IMG/VR virus record: IMGVR_UViG_2541047802_000015
Origin: a virus
Taxonomy: Duplodnaviria; Heunggongvirae; Uroviricota; Caudoviricetes
Length of the DNA stretch: 37,585 bases
Strand: one strand, 5' to 3'
Shown: positions 16,173 through 25,648 of the stretch, piece by piece
Position numbering within the stretch: the first letter of the stretch is position 1
Layout of the letters: the number at the start of each line of letters is the position of its first letter
Position numbers and translations under genes: made by a program
Notes under the pieces: generated by a model
What the model was told of the DNA's origin: nothing
Database searches by the model: none
Seen by the model: the letters and a program-made list of their open reading frames with translations, nothing else

Positions 16173-16907
16173 ATGAACTGGCCACAGAGCACCTGGATTG
16201 TATGCATGTCCCTGAAACTGGCTTTCGAAGCCTTTCTGGTCTTCATCAGAACCGAACGCCTGTCAGTCCGTGTCGGGACCTTTCTGGTTCATATGGCATG
16301 GGTATTCTTTGTCGCAATGTTGCTCTGGTGTGGCGGCTTCTTCAGTCAGGCCCGCGCAGCGCAGCCTCCGCAGGCTGCGCTGCAGTATCGCGATGATGTG
16401 ATCCGTAATGCCCGGCTTGAATGGGGGCTGTCTGCGCCGGTGGCCGATTTCGCCGCGCAACTGCATCAGGAAAGCGGCTGGCGGACTGATGCGGTCTCGC
16501 CGGTGGGCGCTCAGGGGCTGGCGCAGTTTATGCCCGCCACCGCTGACTGGATAAGCCAGTTGATGCCGGCGTTGAGCAGTCGTGAGCCGTTTAATCCGGC
16601 ATGGGCCATCCGGGCGCTGGTCAGCTATGACCGCTGGCTGTGGCAGCGCATCAGCGCCGCCAGTGACTGCGAGCGTATGGCCATGACACTGTCGGGCTAT
16701 AACGGTGGTCTGGGTTGGGTACAACGGGACAGGCGGCTCGCATCACAGAAAGGTCTGGACAGCACCCGCTGGTTCGGACATGTCGCCACGGTGAATGCCG
16801 GACGCAATGCTGCCAGCTGGCGGGAGAACCGCCATTATCCGCAGCGCATCCTGCACGAACTGGCCCCCCGTTATCTGACATGGGGGGGCGGCAGCTGTGT
16901 GGACTAA
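16173..16907 (+). CDS. lytic transglycosylase endolysin (SLT domain) with N-terminal signal/SAR-like segment
   Basis: SLT motif region ESGWRTDAVSPVGAQGLAQFMP; hydrophobic WVFFVAMLLWCGGFF followed by ARA-AQ; true start may be the internal Met at about 16293. Confidence 0.75.
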   Translation: MNWPQSTWIVCMSLKLAFEAFLVFIRTERLSVRVGTFLVHMAWVFFVAMLLWCGGFFSQARAAQPPQAALQYRDDVIRNARLEWGLSAPVADFAAQLHQESGWRTDAVSPVGAQGLAQFMPATADWISQLMPALSSREPFNPAWAIRALVSYDRWLWQRISAASDCERMAMTLSGYNGGLGWVQRDRRLASQKGLDSTRWFGHVATVNAGRNAASWRENRHYPQRILHELAPRYLTWGGGSCVD

Positions 16908-17550
16908 CCTGCTAAAAAATCTGCCGTGGCGCAGTCTGCTGCTGGCAGTGCTCATAAATGCTTTTCTGATTGGACTTTATTACCTGGGCTACAAAAGCGG
17001 GCATGAAAACGCCACGCGCGACGGCGATAAGGCGATCAGTGAGTTGCAGTCAGCATTCGACACATACAAAACGGAGCAGGCAATGCTTGAGAACGCTGCA
17101 TTGCGAGCATGGGCAAAACGGTATCAGGAGCAGGTGGCCGCTGGGCAGCAGGCTGAGGCCGGTTATCTTGAGCAGATTGCTCAACTGGAGAGTCAGAACA
17201 AACAACTACAGGGGCAAATTAACGATGTCACACAGCGCTGGATTGATGAAAAAGGTAAGAGCCATCCCATTGAGTGCGTGTTTACTCGCGGTTTCGTGCG
17301 CCAGTACAACGCCGCACTCGGGTATGACAACGCATCCGTCGACACCGGTCATTCAGACTCAGTTGCCGCCACTGGCACCCGCTCTGGCACAGCGACCGGG
17401 CAACCTGAAACCACTGACACCCGGTTACGCGATTCGGGTGTCTCCCAGCGTGACGTTCTCGCCAACATCATCGACAACGCAGGACAATGTCGTCGCTGGC
17501 GGAACCAGATAAACGCGTTGCTGGATGAACGGGAAGGATTACAGAAATGA
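16897..17550 (+). CDS. i-spanin (Rz-like)
   Basis: 217 aa; N-terminal TM helix, then coiled-coil periplasmic domain; directly follows the endolysin and contains an embedded lipoprotein ORF. Confidence 0.6.
   Translation: MWTNLLKNLPWRSLLLAVLINAFLIGLYYLGYKSGHENATRDGDKAISELQSAFDTYKTEQAMLENAALRAWAKRYQEQVAAGQQAEAGYLEQIAQLESQNKQLQGQINDVTQRWIDEKGKSHPIECVFTRGFVRQYNAALGYDNASVDTGHSDSVAATGTRSGTATGQPETTDTRLRDSGVSQRDVLANIIDNAGQCRRWRNQINALLDEREGLQK
17246..17512 (+). CDS. o-spanin (Rz1-like lipoprotein) embedded in the +1 frame of the i-spanin gene
   Basis: 88 aa; signal peptide MKKVRAIPLSACLLAVSC with lipobox-like AVSC, then Pro-rich mature region. Confidence 0.6.
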   Translation: MKKVRAIPLSACLLAVSCASTTPHSGMTTHPSTPVIQTQLPPLAPALAQRPGNLKPLTPGYAIRVSPSVTFSPTSSTTQDNVVAGGTR

Positions 17551-17873
17551 CACTGCAGGTTGAATTCTGGACGGTGGTGGGCTTTCTCATCACCTTCATG
17601 AGCTTTGTTGGCGGTATGGCCAAATGGCTGTTCAGTAAAGCGGAGGAACGTCAGGCTGCACGTTTTGCCTCTCTTGAGCAGTCACTGCAGCAGTCCGCCT
17701 CCAGTTGGGGCGAGCTGGAAAAAGAATTGATGCGATTTAAAGCGGATTTACCGCTGAATTATGTCCGTCGCGAGGATTATATCCGTGGCCAGACAGTCAT
17801 CGAGGCCAAACTGGACGCGCTTTACAACAAACTGGAAGTGGTACAGCAGTACCGCAATACCGGAGGTCAATAA
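17547..17873 (+). CDS. membrane-anchored protein (Mu gp25-position)
   Basis: 108 aa with N-terminal TM helix; translationally coupled to the spanin gene. Confidence 0.4.
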   Translation: MTLQVEFWTVVGFLITFMSFVGGMAKWLFSKAEERQAARFASLEQSLQQSASSWGELEKELMRFKADLPLNYVRREDYIRGQTVIEAKLDALYNKLEVVQQYRNTGGQ

Positions 17874-18184
17874 TGGTCGATATTACCCGGGTACGCCGTG
17901 AATCCCTGCGCTGGAGTCTGCTGGTTGCCCTTAACAAAACCCGCCCTTACACCGCCAGCGAGACGCTGCTGCTGGAAGTGTCCCGCGCCATCTACCCGGA
18001 CACCACGCAACTGGAACTGCGCCGTGAGCTTGATTACCTGGCAGATCGCAAAATGGTGGAACTGGAGAGGAGACCGTCCGGTGACTGGTTTGCCGATCTG
18101 AGTCGCCTTGGTGTGGATATTGTGGAATACACCGTGGAATGCGGCCCCGGTATTGCCCGCCCGGAAAAATACTGGAGTGAGTGA
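17873..18184 (+). CDS. hypothetical protein (Mu gp26-position)
   Basis: 103-aa ORF coupled to neighbours. Confidence 0.4.
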   Translation: MVDITRVRRESLRWSLLVALNKTRPYTASETLLLEVSRAIYPDTTQLELRRELDYLADRKMVELERRPSGDWFADLSRLGVDIVEYTVECGPGIARPEKYWSE

Positions 18185-18729
18185 TTATGGGACGTCGCAG
18201 CAGCATTGATTCTCTGCCGAAGGAGGTCCGTCGCTGGCTTGAGCGGGCACTGACGGAGAATAATTTCACCGGCTATGCAGAGCTTGAAAGTCTGTTGAAG
18301 GAAAAGGGGTACAGCATCACCCGCTCTTCCCTGCAGCGGTTTGGCTACAAAATGGAGCAGCAACTGGCCCGTGTGCGGGCGGCAACCGAGGCAGCGCGTC
18401 TGCTTGCCCGGGAGGCCGGAGACGATCCTGATGACCGTTCAGCCGGACTGATAACCCTCGTCCAGACCGAAATGACGGATATCCTGATGCGCCTGCAGGA
18501 GTCGCGGGAAAACGACGATCCCTTCGCCCGGGCAAAACTGCTGGCAACGGCTTCAAAAAATATCGCCACACTGACCCGCGCCTCGGTCAACCTCAAGCGC
18601 TATCAGGCAGAAGTCAGAGAGAGGGTTGAACGTGCTGCCGCTGCCGCCGAGAAAATTGCCCGTAAGGGCGGGCTCTCTGCGGAAGCCGTACAGGCACTGC
18701 GCCGGGAAATTCTGGGGGTGGCGTCATGA
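18181..18729 (+). CDS. putative terminase small subunit (Mu gp27-like)
   Basis: 182 aa, helical and basic, immediately upstream of and overlapping the large terminase gene. Confidence 0.5.
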   Translation: MIMGRRSSIDSLPKEVRRWLERALTENNFTGYAELESLLKEKGYSITRSSLQRFGYKMEQQLARVRAATEAARLLAREAGDDPDDRSAGLITLVQTEMTDILMRLQESRENDDPFARAKLLATASKNIATLTRASVNLKRYQAEVRERVERAAAAAEKIARKGGLSAEAVQALRREILGVAS

Positions 18730-20249
18730 CGGAGCTGCCGCCGCACATTCCTGACACCGCGAGTTATGAGACACCGCCGGTTCTGTTGCCTTACCAGCAG
18801 CGCTGGGTGGCAGATACCTCTCCGCTTAAGGTGATGGAAAAGAGCCGTCGTACCGGTATTACATGGGCTGAGGCATCCGATAACGTACTGACCGCAGCCT
18901 CTTCTGCGCCTGCAGGCGGGATGAATGTGTATTACATCGCCTATAACCAGGATATGACCGTCGAATACATTCAGGCGTGTGCGATGTGGGCGCGGGCATT
19001 CAACTATGCGGCCAGTGAAATTGAAGAAGGATTCTGGGAGGAGGACGACGACGATAAACACATCAGGACTTACACCATCAAATTTCCTGACTCCGGCTTT
19101 CGCATTGTCGCGCTCTCCAGCCGCCCGTCTAACCTGCGTGGCCGTCAGGGTATTATTGTTATCGACGAAGCGGCGTTCCATGAGCAACTGGACGAACTGC
19201 TGAAAGCGGCGCTGGCGATGCTTATCTGGGGGGGCAAGGTACGCGTTATCTCCACCCATGACGGTGACGACAATCCATTCAGTACGCTTATCGGAGATAT
19301 CCGTGCCGGACGTCAGGGAGGCAGCGTACATCGCATCACTTTCCGGGAAGCCGTATCTGAGGGGCTGTTCCAGCGCGTTTGTCTGCGCACCGGGAAGGAA
19401 TGGTCGGAGGCATCCGAGCTGGCCTGGATGGCGTCGGTGTACAAATTCTACGGTGCCGGCGCATCCGAAGAGCTTGACTGTATTCCGGCCAACGGTGGCG
19501 GTGCCTGGCTGTCCCGTGCCCTGATAGAGTCCCGAATGTCCGCTGATACGCCAGTATTGCGTCTGACCTGCAAGGAAGGTTATGAACTGCTGTCTGATGA
19601 GGTTCGCTTCCACGAGACACAGGACTGGCTTGATGAGCATCTGAAACCCTTGCTGGAGGCACTCCCCACTGATGCCCGCTCTTTCCTGGGGCGCGACTTT
19701 GGTCGCAGCGGTGATTTGTCGGTGGACTATCCCCTGCTGCAGGAGAAGAACCTGGTACGACGCGTGCCATTCGTACTGGAGCTGCGTAACGTGCCGTTCA
19801 GACAGCAGGAGCAAATCACCTGGTATCTGATGGATGGCCTGCCCGGTCTGCTGGGTGCAGCATTTGATGCCCGTGGTAATGGTGCCTATCTGGCTGAATA
19901 CGCCATGCAGCGCTACGGCTCCAGCCGGGTTCAGCAGGTGATGCCAACCGAAGGCTGGTACCGGGAGCATATGCCTCCGGTCAAAGCTGCACTGGAAGAC
20001 GGTAACCTGCTGGACTTACCAAAAGATGAAGACACACTGGATGACCTGCGGGCCGTTCAGGTGGTGAACGGTGTCCCCCGCGTGCCGGAACAACGCTCAA
20101 AAGCAAAGGCTGATGGTGGTAAACGCCACGGGGATTCAGCCATCGCACTGGCGCTGGCGTATTTCGCCAGCCGTGAAATTAACAAAGGGCCGGTGAAGGC
20201 AAGCTCACGACGTCGTCGTCAGGCGGCCCGTATGCTGGAGGGATTCTGA
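18726..20249 (+). CDS. terminase large subunit (Mu gp28-like)
   Basis: 507 aa; ATPase-like N-terminus and nuclease-like C-terminus with acidic residues (IVIDEAAFH); position before the portal. Confidence 0.8.
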   Translation: MTELPPHIPDTASYETPPVLLPYQQRWVADTSPLKVMEKSRRTGITWAEASDNVLTAASSAPAGGMNVYYIAYNQDMTVEYIQACAMWARAFNYAASEIEEGFWEEDDDDKHIRTYTIKFPDSGFRIVALSSRPSNLRGRQGIIVIDEAAFHEQLDELLKAALAMLIWGGKVRVISTHDGDDNPFSTLIGDIRAGRQGGSVHRITFREAVSEGLFQRVCLRTGKEWSEASELAWMASVYKFYGAGASEELDCIPANGGGAWLSRALIESRMSADTPVLRLTCKEGYELLSDEVRFHETQDWLDEHLKPLLEALPTDARSFLGRDFGRSGDLSVDYPLLQEKNLVRRVPFVLELRNVPFRQQEQITWYLMDGLPGLLGAAFDARGNGAYLAEYAMQRYGSSRVQQVMPTEGWYREHMPPVKAALEDGNLLDLPKDEDTLDDLRAVQVVNGVPRVPEQRSKAKADGGKRHGDSAIALALAYFASREINKGPVKASSRRRRQAARMLEGF

Positions 20250-21745
20250 TGGCAAAAGGTATCTGGGTTTCACCCGATGAGTTCGTGGCGTTTGCCGAAC
20301 CCAAAAAGTCACTGACCGCGCAGATTGCCTCCCGCAGCCGCGCCATCGACTTTTACGCTCTGGGAATGTACCTGCCCAACCCTGATCCCATTCTCAAGGC
20401 TCAGGGACGGGATATCCGTATCTACCGCGAACTGCGCACCGACCCGCTGGTCGGGGGCTGTATCCGCAGACGTAAAGCAGCGGTCAAATCGCTGGAACGT
20501 GGACTGGAGCGCGGTCACGCTTCTGCCCGGGTCTTCCGTTTCATCCGCGACATGCTCGACGATCTGGATCTGTCCCGCATCATCGGTGAGATGAGCGATG
20601 CCGTGCTCTACGGGTATCAGCCCTGTGAAATCATGTGGGGCCGTTCGGTCAGGGCGTGGGCGGTGACGGATATTGTCGGCAAACCGCCTGAGTGGTTTCA
20701 GTTTGATACGGACAACTGCCTGCGCTTCCGGGCTCGTGATGCGGGTGTGGAGGGTGAGCTGCTGTCACCGTCAAAATTCGTGGTGCCGGCACAGGATGCC
20801 TCGTATGACAATCCTTACGGTTTCCCGGACCTGTCCATGTGCTTCTGGCCGGTCGCCTTCAAGAAAGGCGGGATGAAATTCTGGCTCCGCTTTGCCGAAA
20901 AGTTTGGCTCCCCCTGGGTCATCGGTAAGCACCCGAGGGGTGCAAATGATGCAGAGATTGAAAAACTGCTGGACTCCATGGAGCAGATGGTGGAGGACGC
21001 GGTGGCCGCCATCCCTGATGACAGCAGCATCGAACTCAAAGCAGCGGATGGCAAGGCGGACAGCAGCGAGGTATTCCGCGAGCTGATCACACTGTCACGC
21101 AGTGAGATCTCCATTGCATTACTCGGTCAGAATCAGACCACGGAAGCGAACAGTAACAAGGCCTCTGCACAGGCCGGGCTGGAGGTGACGGCTGATATCC
21201 GCGATGCGGATGCGGACATCATTCAGGCGGCAGTGAATCAGGTCATAAGAACGGTGGTCACCCTGAACTTCGGCGATGTGCCGTGTCCGGTCTGGGCCAT
21301 GTGGGAACAGGAGGCCATTGATGACACCCGTGCCACCCGCGATGAAAAACTCACCCGGGCGGGTCTGCGTCTGACCCCGCAATACTTCAAGCGTGAGTAC
21401 CAGCTGCAGGACGGCGATATTGACGAGACACCACCGTCAGAATGCGAGAAGAACATGCTGCCGCTGTCATTTGCCGAGGCGATTGATGCCGATATTCAGG
21501 CTCAGCAGCAGCTTGACGACGCGCTGGACATTCTGATGAACGGAGGTGTGTTAAATGGCACGCTGGAACCCGTCCTGGCACCTCTGTTCAGACGGGTCGA
21601 AAACGGGGTTAACCCGACTGAGCTGCTGGGCGAACTGGCGGAGCTCTACCCTCAGATGAACACGGACGATCTGCAGGAGCGGCTGGCCCGTATTCTCTTT
21701 GTGGCAAATATCTGGGGGCATCTGCATGAGCGTGACAACGGCTGA
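20249..21745 (+). CDS. portal protein (Mu gp29-like)
   Basis: 498 aa; position and size between terminase and F-like gene; family-like core. Confidence 0.8.
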   Translation: MAKGIWVSPDEFVAFAEPKKSLTAQIASRSRAIDFYALGMYLPNPDPILKAQGRDIRIYRELRTDPLVGGCIRRRKAAVKSLERGLERGHASARVFRFIRDMLDDLDLSRIIGEMSDAVLYGYQPCEIMWGRSVRAWAVTDIVGKPPEWFQFDTDNCLRFRARDAGVEGELLSPSKFVVPAQDASYDNPYGFPDLSMCFWPVAFKKGGMKFWLRFAEKFGSPWVIGKHPRGANDAEIEKLLDSMEQMVEDAVAAIPDDSSIELKAADGKADSSEVFRELITLSRSEISIALLGQNQTTEANSNKASAQAGLEVTADIRDADADIIQAAVNQVIRTVVTLNFGDVPCPVWAMWEQEAIDDTRATRDEKLTRAGLRLTPQYFKREYQLQDGDIDETPPSECEKNMLPLSFAEAIDADIQAQQQLDDALDILMNGGVLNGTLEPVLAPLFRRVENGVNPTELLGELAELYPQMNTDDLQERLARILFVANIWGHLHERDNG

Positions 21746-22547
21746 ACTGGCGTACTGCATGACGCTTCCCCCGAAGCGGGCAGTCAGCTACCTGAAGTCC
21801 AAAGGGTATCAGATTACCTGGGACCAGGAAGAAATGTGGCAGGACGCCCATGCCCGCGCCTTTACCGTCGCTAAAGTGACCCGCCTGGATATTCTGGAAG
21901 ATATTCGCGGGACACTGCAGCAGGCTGTTGATGAAGGAAAAACCGATCGCTGGTTCCGGCAGGAGCTGGAGCCGGCGCTGAAGCGCAGGGGATGGTGGGG
22001 ACCGCGTGACACGACTGACCCGGTAACGGGTGAGCCGGTCACCATTCAGCAGGGCAGTCCGTGGCGGCTCGATACCATCTTTCGCACCAATATGTCCGTA
22101 CTCTACAGCGCCGGTCGTTGGGCGGAGCAGATGGAAAACGTCGACGACAGGCCGTACTGGATGTATACCGGCATCAACGACAGCCATACCCGCAGGAGCC
22201 ATCTGGCGCTGCATGGTCTGGTGCTGCGCTGGGATGACCCGTTCTGGCAGGCATTTTACCCGCCGAACGGCTGGCGCTGCCGCTGTAGTGTGATTGCCCT
22301 GAGTGCGGCGGATGTACGTGCCCGTGGCCTGAAGGTTATCAGCTCCGGCTCTGCCATGGGCCAGGAACTGAAACTGGTCTCAGAGAAAACCGGCGAAATG
22401 TGGAACGTGGCCACCTTTAATACCGGCACCACGAAGGTGACCACCGACGTCGGCTGGTCTTATGCACCGGGGGCAGCATACCGTCCCGACCTGGCCCGCT
22501 ATCAGGGTACGCTTCAGCCACTGGCACAACAGGAACTGAGAGGATAA
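21726..22547 (+). CDS. head morphogenesis protein (Mu F/gp30-like)
   Basis: Resembles the Mu F family; start taken at the internal Met at 21726 (track ORF starts 21699) to limit overlap with the portal. Confidence 0.7.
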   Translation: MSVTTAELAYCMTLPPKRAVSYLKSKGYQITWDQEEMWQDAHARAFTVAKVTRLDILEDIRGTLQQAVDEGKTDRWFRQELEPALKRRGWWGPRDTTDPVTGEPVTIQQGSPWRLDTIFRTNMSVLYSAGRWAEQMENVDDRPYWMYTGINDSHTRRSHLALHGLVLRWDDPFWQAFYPPNGWRCRCSVIALSAADVRARGLKVISSGSAMGQELKLVSEKTGEMWNVATFNTGTTKVTTDVGWSYAPGAAYRPDLARYQGTLQPLAQQELRG

Positions 22548-22549
22548 CA

Positions 22550-23008
22550 ATGGCTTCCGATAACCTGGTCAGTGTCACCATTAATGATAAATCCCTGCGC
22601 CGGAGCCTCCGTGCGCTGGATCTGGCTGCCACAGACATGGAGCCTGCGATGCGCAAAATCGCCGGAACCCTGCTGGCGGAAACACAGTTTAACTTTCTTG
22701 ATGAGGGGCGTCCGGGGTGGATGCCCTCGCTGGCAGCGGAAGAACGTAACGGACAGACACTGCAGGATACCGGGCGTCTGATGGGGTCAGTATCAACCGA
22801 GCATGACGACCGGCAGGCTGTTGTGGGGACCAACGTTGTTTACGGTGCCATTCACCAGTTCGGGGGTAAAACGGGGCGTAATGAGTCTGTTGAACTTCCG
22901 GCCCGCCCGTTCCTGCCGGTGACGGAGGATGGAGAGCTACAGCCTGAAGTGGTAGTCCCCATCCTCGATACCATTGTCCGCCATCTTGAAGCAGCGGCCC
23001 GTCGCTGA
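22550..23008 (+). CDS. virion morphogenesis protein (Mu G-like)
   Basis: 152 aa; position after the F-like gene; resembles the Mu G family. Confidence 0.65.
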   Translation: MASDNLVSVTINDKSLRRSLRALDLAATDMEPAMRKIAGTLLAETQFNFLDEGRPGWMPSLAAEERNGQTLQDTGRLMGSVSTEHDDRQAVVGTNVVYGAIHQFGGKTGRNESVELPARPFLPVTEDGELQPEVVVPILDTIVRHLEAAARR

Positions 23009-23054
23009 GTTTTCTCTCTTCAGGCGGGTGATTTATCATTGCCAGCGAATGAGG

Positions 23055-23097
23055 GGCTGTATTACCTTTATAAAGGCTTTACAGCCTCTGTTTTATA
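23055..23097 (+). terminator. large imperfect palindrome with T-tract after the G-like gene
   Basis: GGCTGTA...TACAGCC arms enclose the perfect palindrome CCTTTATAAAGG (23065-23076), followed by TCTGTTTTATA. Confidence 0.4.
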
Positions 23098-23147
23098 ACT
23101 GCCTCCGGTTCACCACATTGCTTTCCCTGTCCTTCTCCCCTGATGTT

Positions 23148-23192
23148 TTCTAAAGCAGATTAAAATCGCCGGGCCCGCATTTCTCACAAACT
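23148..23192 (+). promoter_or_regulatory. putative late promoter upstream of the I-like gene
   Basis: Block TTCTAAAGCAGATTAAAATC, 19-nt spacer, then CAAACT followed by GTCTCC; matches the element upstream of the lysis cassette. Confidence 0.45.
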
Positions 23193-23222
23193 GTCTCCGA
23201 CAACATAACGCGGGACAGCAAA

Positions 23223-24338
23223 ATGTCAGCCATTCACATTTTTAAAGCCGGTACTCATACCGATATGCACGGCAAAAAACTGCCGTTCACGCCAGACGAT
23301 CTTGCCGCCTGCGTGAAAGCCTATGACCCGTCCGTCCATGAAGCACCACTCGTGATTGGTCATCCCAGAACGGAAGACCCGGCGTGGGGCTGGGTGAAAG
23401 CCCTGTCGCTCAGCGGCGTCGATCTGATGGCAGAGCCTGCCCAGCTGGACCCGCAGTTTGCTGAGATGGTCACCGACGGACGATTCAAAAAAGTGTCTGC
23501 CTCTTTCTACCTCCCGGATTCACCGTCCAATCCGAAGCCCGGCGTGCTCTACCTGCGCCATGTGGGCTTTCTTGGGGCACAGCCACCTTCCGTCAAAGGA
23601 CTGAAACAGGTGTCCTTCAGTGAGCAGGAAGAAGGTGTGGTGGAGTTCGCCGACTGGCAGGCCATCACGAATGCCTCACTGTGGGGAAAGCTGCGCGATT
23701 TTCTGATCGCCCGCTTCAGTCTGGACGAAGCAGAAAAAGTTCTGCCGGAATGGCAGCTCAACAGTCTGCGCGAAGAGGCGTACCGCGACACACCGTCGCA
23801 GGATGCAGCAGGTGCGCAATTCAGTGAGACAGGCCAGGTGCCGTCTTCCGCAAGTAACGAGGAATCATCGATGACAAAAGAAGAGATTGAAGCCCTTCAG
23901 GCGGAGAACCGCCGCCTGAAGCAGCAGGCTGCTGATCGCGATGCGCGTGATGCACAGGTCAGACAGGAGCAACTGCATAAGGACAATGTGGCCTTTGCAG
24001 AAAAACTGGTCGCAGAGGGCCGTCTGGCTCCCCGCGCCTCCTCCGTGGTGGTTGCCCTGCTGGATTCCGTCGCCGGTGGCGACAAGCCGGTGGAGTTTGC
24101 TGAGGGGGAAAGCCGCACACCGCTGGCCACCGCCTTCCGTTCGCTGCTCTCCGACGGGGAGCCGGTGATGAACTTCGCCGAACAGGCCACGAAGGAGCGT
24201 GTCGGCGACACGGTGAAAGTGGATGTGACGGAGTTTGCAGAAGCCGACCCTGACCGTCTGGCACTGCACCAGAAGGCTGTGGAACTGTCGAAAAAAGAAG
24301 GCATCAGCTATGAGGCTGCTGTCACACGCTGCCTGTAA
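23223..24338 (+). CDS. head protease/scaffold protein (Mu I-like)
   Basis: 371 aa; N-terminal region resembling the Mu I family and an acidic/coiled-coil C-terminal scaffold-like region. Confidence 0.75.
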   Translation: MSAIHIFKAGTHTDMHGKKLPFTPDDLAACVKAYDPSVHEAPLVIGHPRTEDPAWGWVKALSLSGVDLMAEPAQLDPQFAEMVTDGRFKKVSASFYLPDSPSNPKPGVLYLRHVGFLGAQPPSVKGLKQVSFSEQEEGVVEFADWQAITNASLWGKLRDFLIARFSLDEAEKVLPEWQLNSLREEAYRDTPSQDAAGAQFSETGQVPSSASNEESSMTKEEIEALQAENRRLKQQAADRDARDAQVRQEQLHKDNVAFAEKLVAEGRLAPRASSVVVALLDSVAGGDKPVEFAEGESRTPLATAFRSLLSDGEPVMNFAEQATKERVGDTVKVDVTEFAEADPDRLALHQKAVELSKKEGISYEAAVTRCL

Positions 24339-24347
24339 GGAGAAAGC

Positions 24348-25301
24348 ATGTCTGATTACTTAAAAAATAAACGCGTTGTTGATCCTGTTATGACCAGCAT
24401 CGCGCGTGGCTACAGGAATGCAGCCTTCATCGGAGAACATATATTTCCGGTTGTGTATACGGACAGAGAAGCGGTAACGGTCCCCGTTTTCGGGAGATCA
24501 GCGTTTGTGGAAGTTGATACCGTCCGTGCTGTGGGGGCAGACAGTAATGTTCTGATCAGGGAAAAGAGCAGTACGCTGGATCTGGTGTTGCATGAGCACG
24601 ATCTTGCTGCACCTGTGGACTACCGTGAACAGACGGAGTCAATGTTCAACGAAGAGGCCAAGGCAATCCGGCGGGTGACAAATGGCATTCATCTTCGCCG
24701 TGAGCTTATTGCTGCCCGTCTTGCGCAGGACAAAAAAGTGTACCCGGCATCTTCGGTAAAGACGATGACGTCTGTTGAACGCTGGGAAGGAGGCCATGGT
24801 GATCCTGTTGAGGTCATTGAGGGAGGCATTGAAGCTGTGCGAAGTAAGATCGGGGTCAGACCCAATCTGATGGTCATGGGAGCCAGTGTGATGCCCCTGC
24901 TGAGATATCATCCAGCCATCACCACTGCTCTGGGACTTAATGAGAGAAAACGGATCACCCCGCAAATCCTCAGGGAGCTTTTTGGTCTGGACAAGGTCAT
25001 TGTGGGTGAGCCTGTTTCCATGGCATCCATGACTGATGCAGGCAACCGGAACAAATATCCGGTGGACATCTGGGGAGATAATCTCATGCTCTTCTATGTC
25101 ACTCCACCGCGAGAAGGTGCCGAAAGTGCCGACGAAAATGAACCATCGTTCGGGTATACCCTGCGACGTAAGGGGATGCCGGTGGCAGATAAATACGATG
25201 GAGTGGGCGGAAAGGTGAAGTACTGCCGTTATACCGACATCTATAAGGTGGCGGTCGTGGGCGGGGATGCCGGTTATCTCGTTACAAATATAGTGAAGTA
25301 A
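24348..25301 (+). CDS. major capsid protein (Mu T-like)
   Basis: 317 aa; strong RBS; position after protease/scaffold. Confidence 0.8.
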   Translation: MSDYLKNKRVVDPVMTSIARGYRNAAFIGEHIFPVVYTDREAVTVPVFGRSAFVEVDTVRAVGADSNVLIREKSSTLDLVLHEHDLAAPVDYREQTESMFNEEAKAIRRVTNGIHLRRELIAARLAQDKKVYPASSVKTMTSVERWEGGHGDPVEVIEGGIEAVRSKIGVRPNLMVMGASVMPLLRYHPAITTALGLNERKRITPQILRELFGLDKVIVGEPVSMASMTDAGNRNKYPVDIWGDNLMLFYVTPPREGAESADENEPSFGYTLRRKGMPVADKYDGVGGKVKYCRYTDIYKVAVVGGDAGYLVTNIVK

Positions 25302-25311
25302 GGAGAAGTCT

Positions 25312-25647
25312 ATGACTACACAGCAGGTCACTCTGACCATGACAGTCACAGCCAGTACTGCACTTACTCAGCAGAGGTTTGTGGGAGCAGATAACGGCGC
25401 ATGTAAGCAGGGTGCCGTTGCCGTCGGTGTCGCCCAGGTGGATGCCCGTGCAGGTGATCTGACCCCGGTGAGTGTGACCGGGATCCTTGCAGTTGAAACG
25501 GGAGCGGCAGTTTCCAGAGGGGCACTGGTACAGTCTGATGCCAAATCAAGGGCTGTTCCTCAGGCTGACAGTGGTAAATCCTGTGGCATTGCACTGGATG
25601 AGGCAAAGGCCGAAGGCGACATCATCCGTATCCTGCGCGGGGTGTGA
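25312..25647 (+). CDS. small head-associated protein (possibly DUF2190-like)
   Basis: 111 aa, Ala/Val/Thr-rich; directly downstream of the major capsid gene. Confidence 0.45.
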   Translation: MTTQQVTLTMTVTASTALTQQRFVGADNGACKQGAVAVGVAQVDARAGDLTPVSVTGILAVETGAAVSRGALVQSDAKSRAVPQADSGKSCGIALDEAKAEGDIIRILRGV

Positions 25648-25648
25648 G

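Noticed and set aside
18603-19970. 455-aa minus-strand ORF
   Set aside because: Lies entirely antisense to the large terminase gene, which has a clear family-like product; the antisense translation has no recognisable features.
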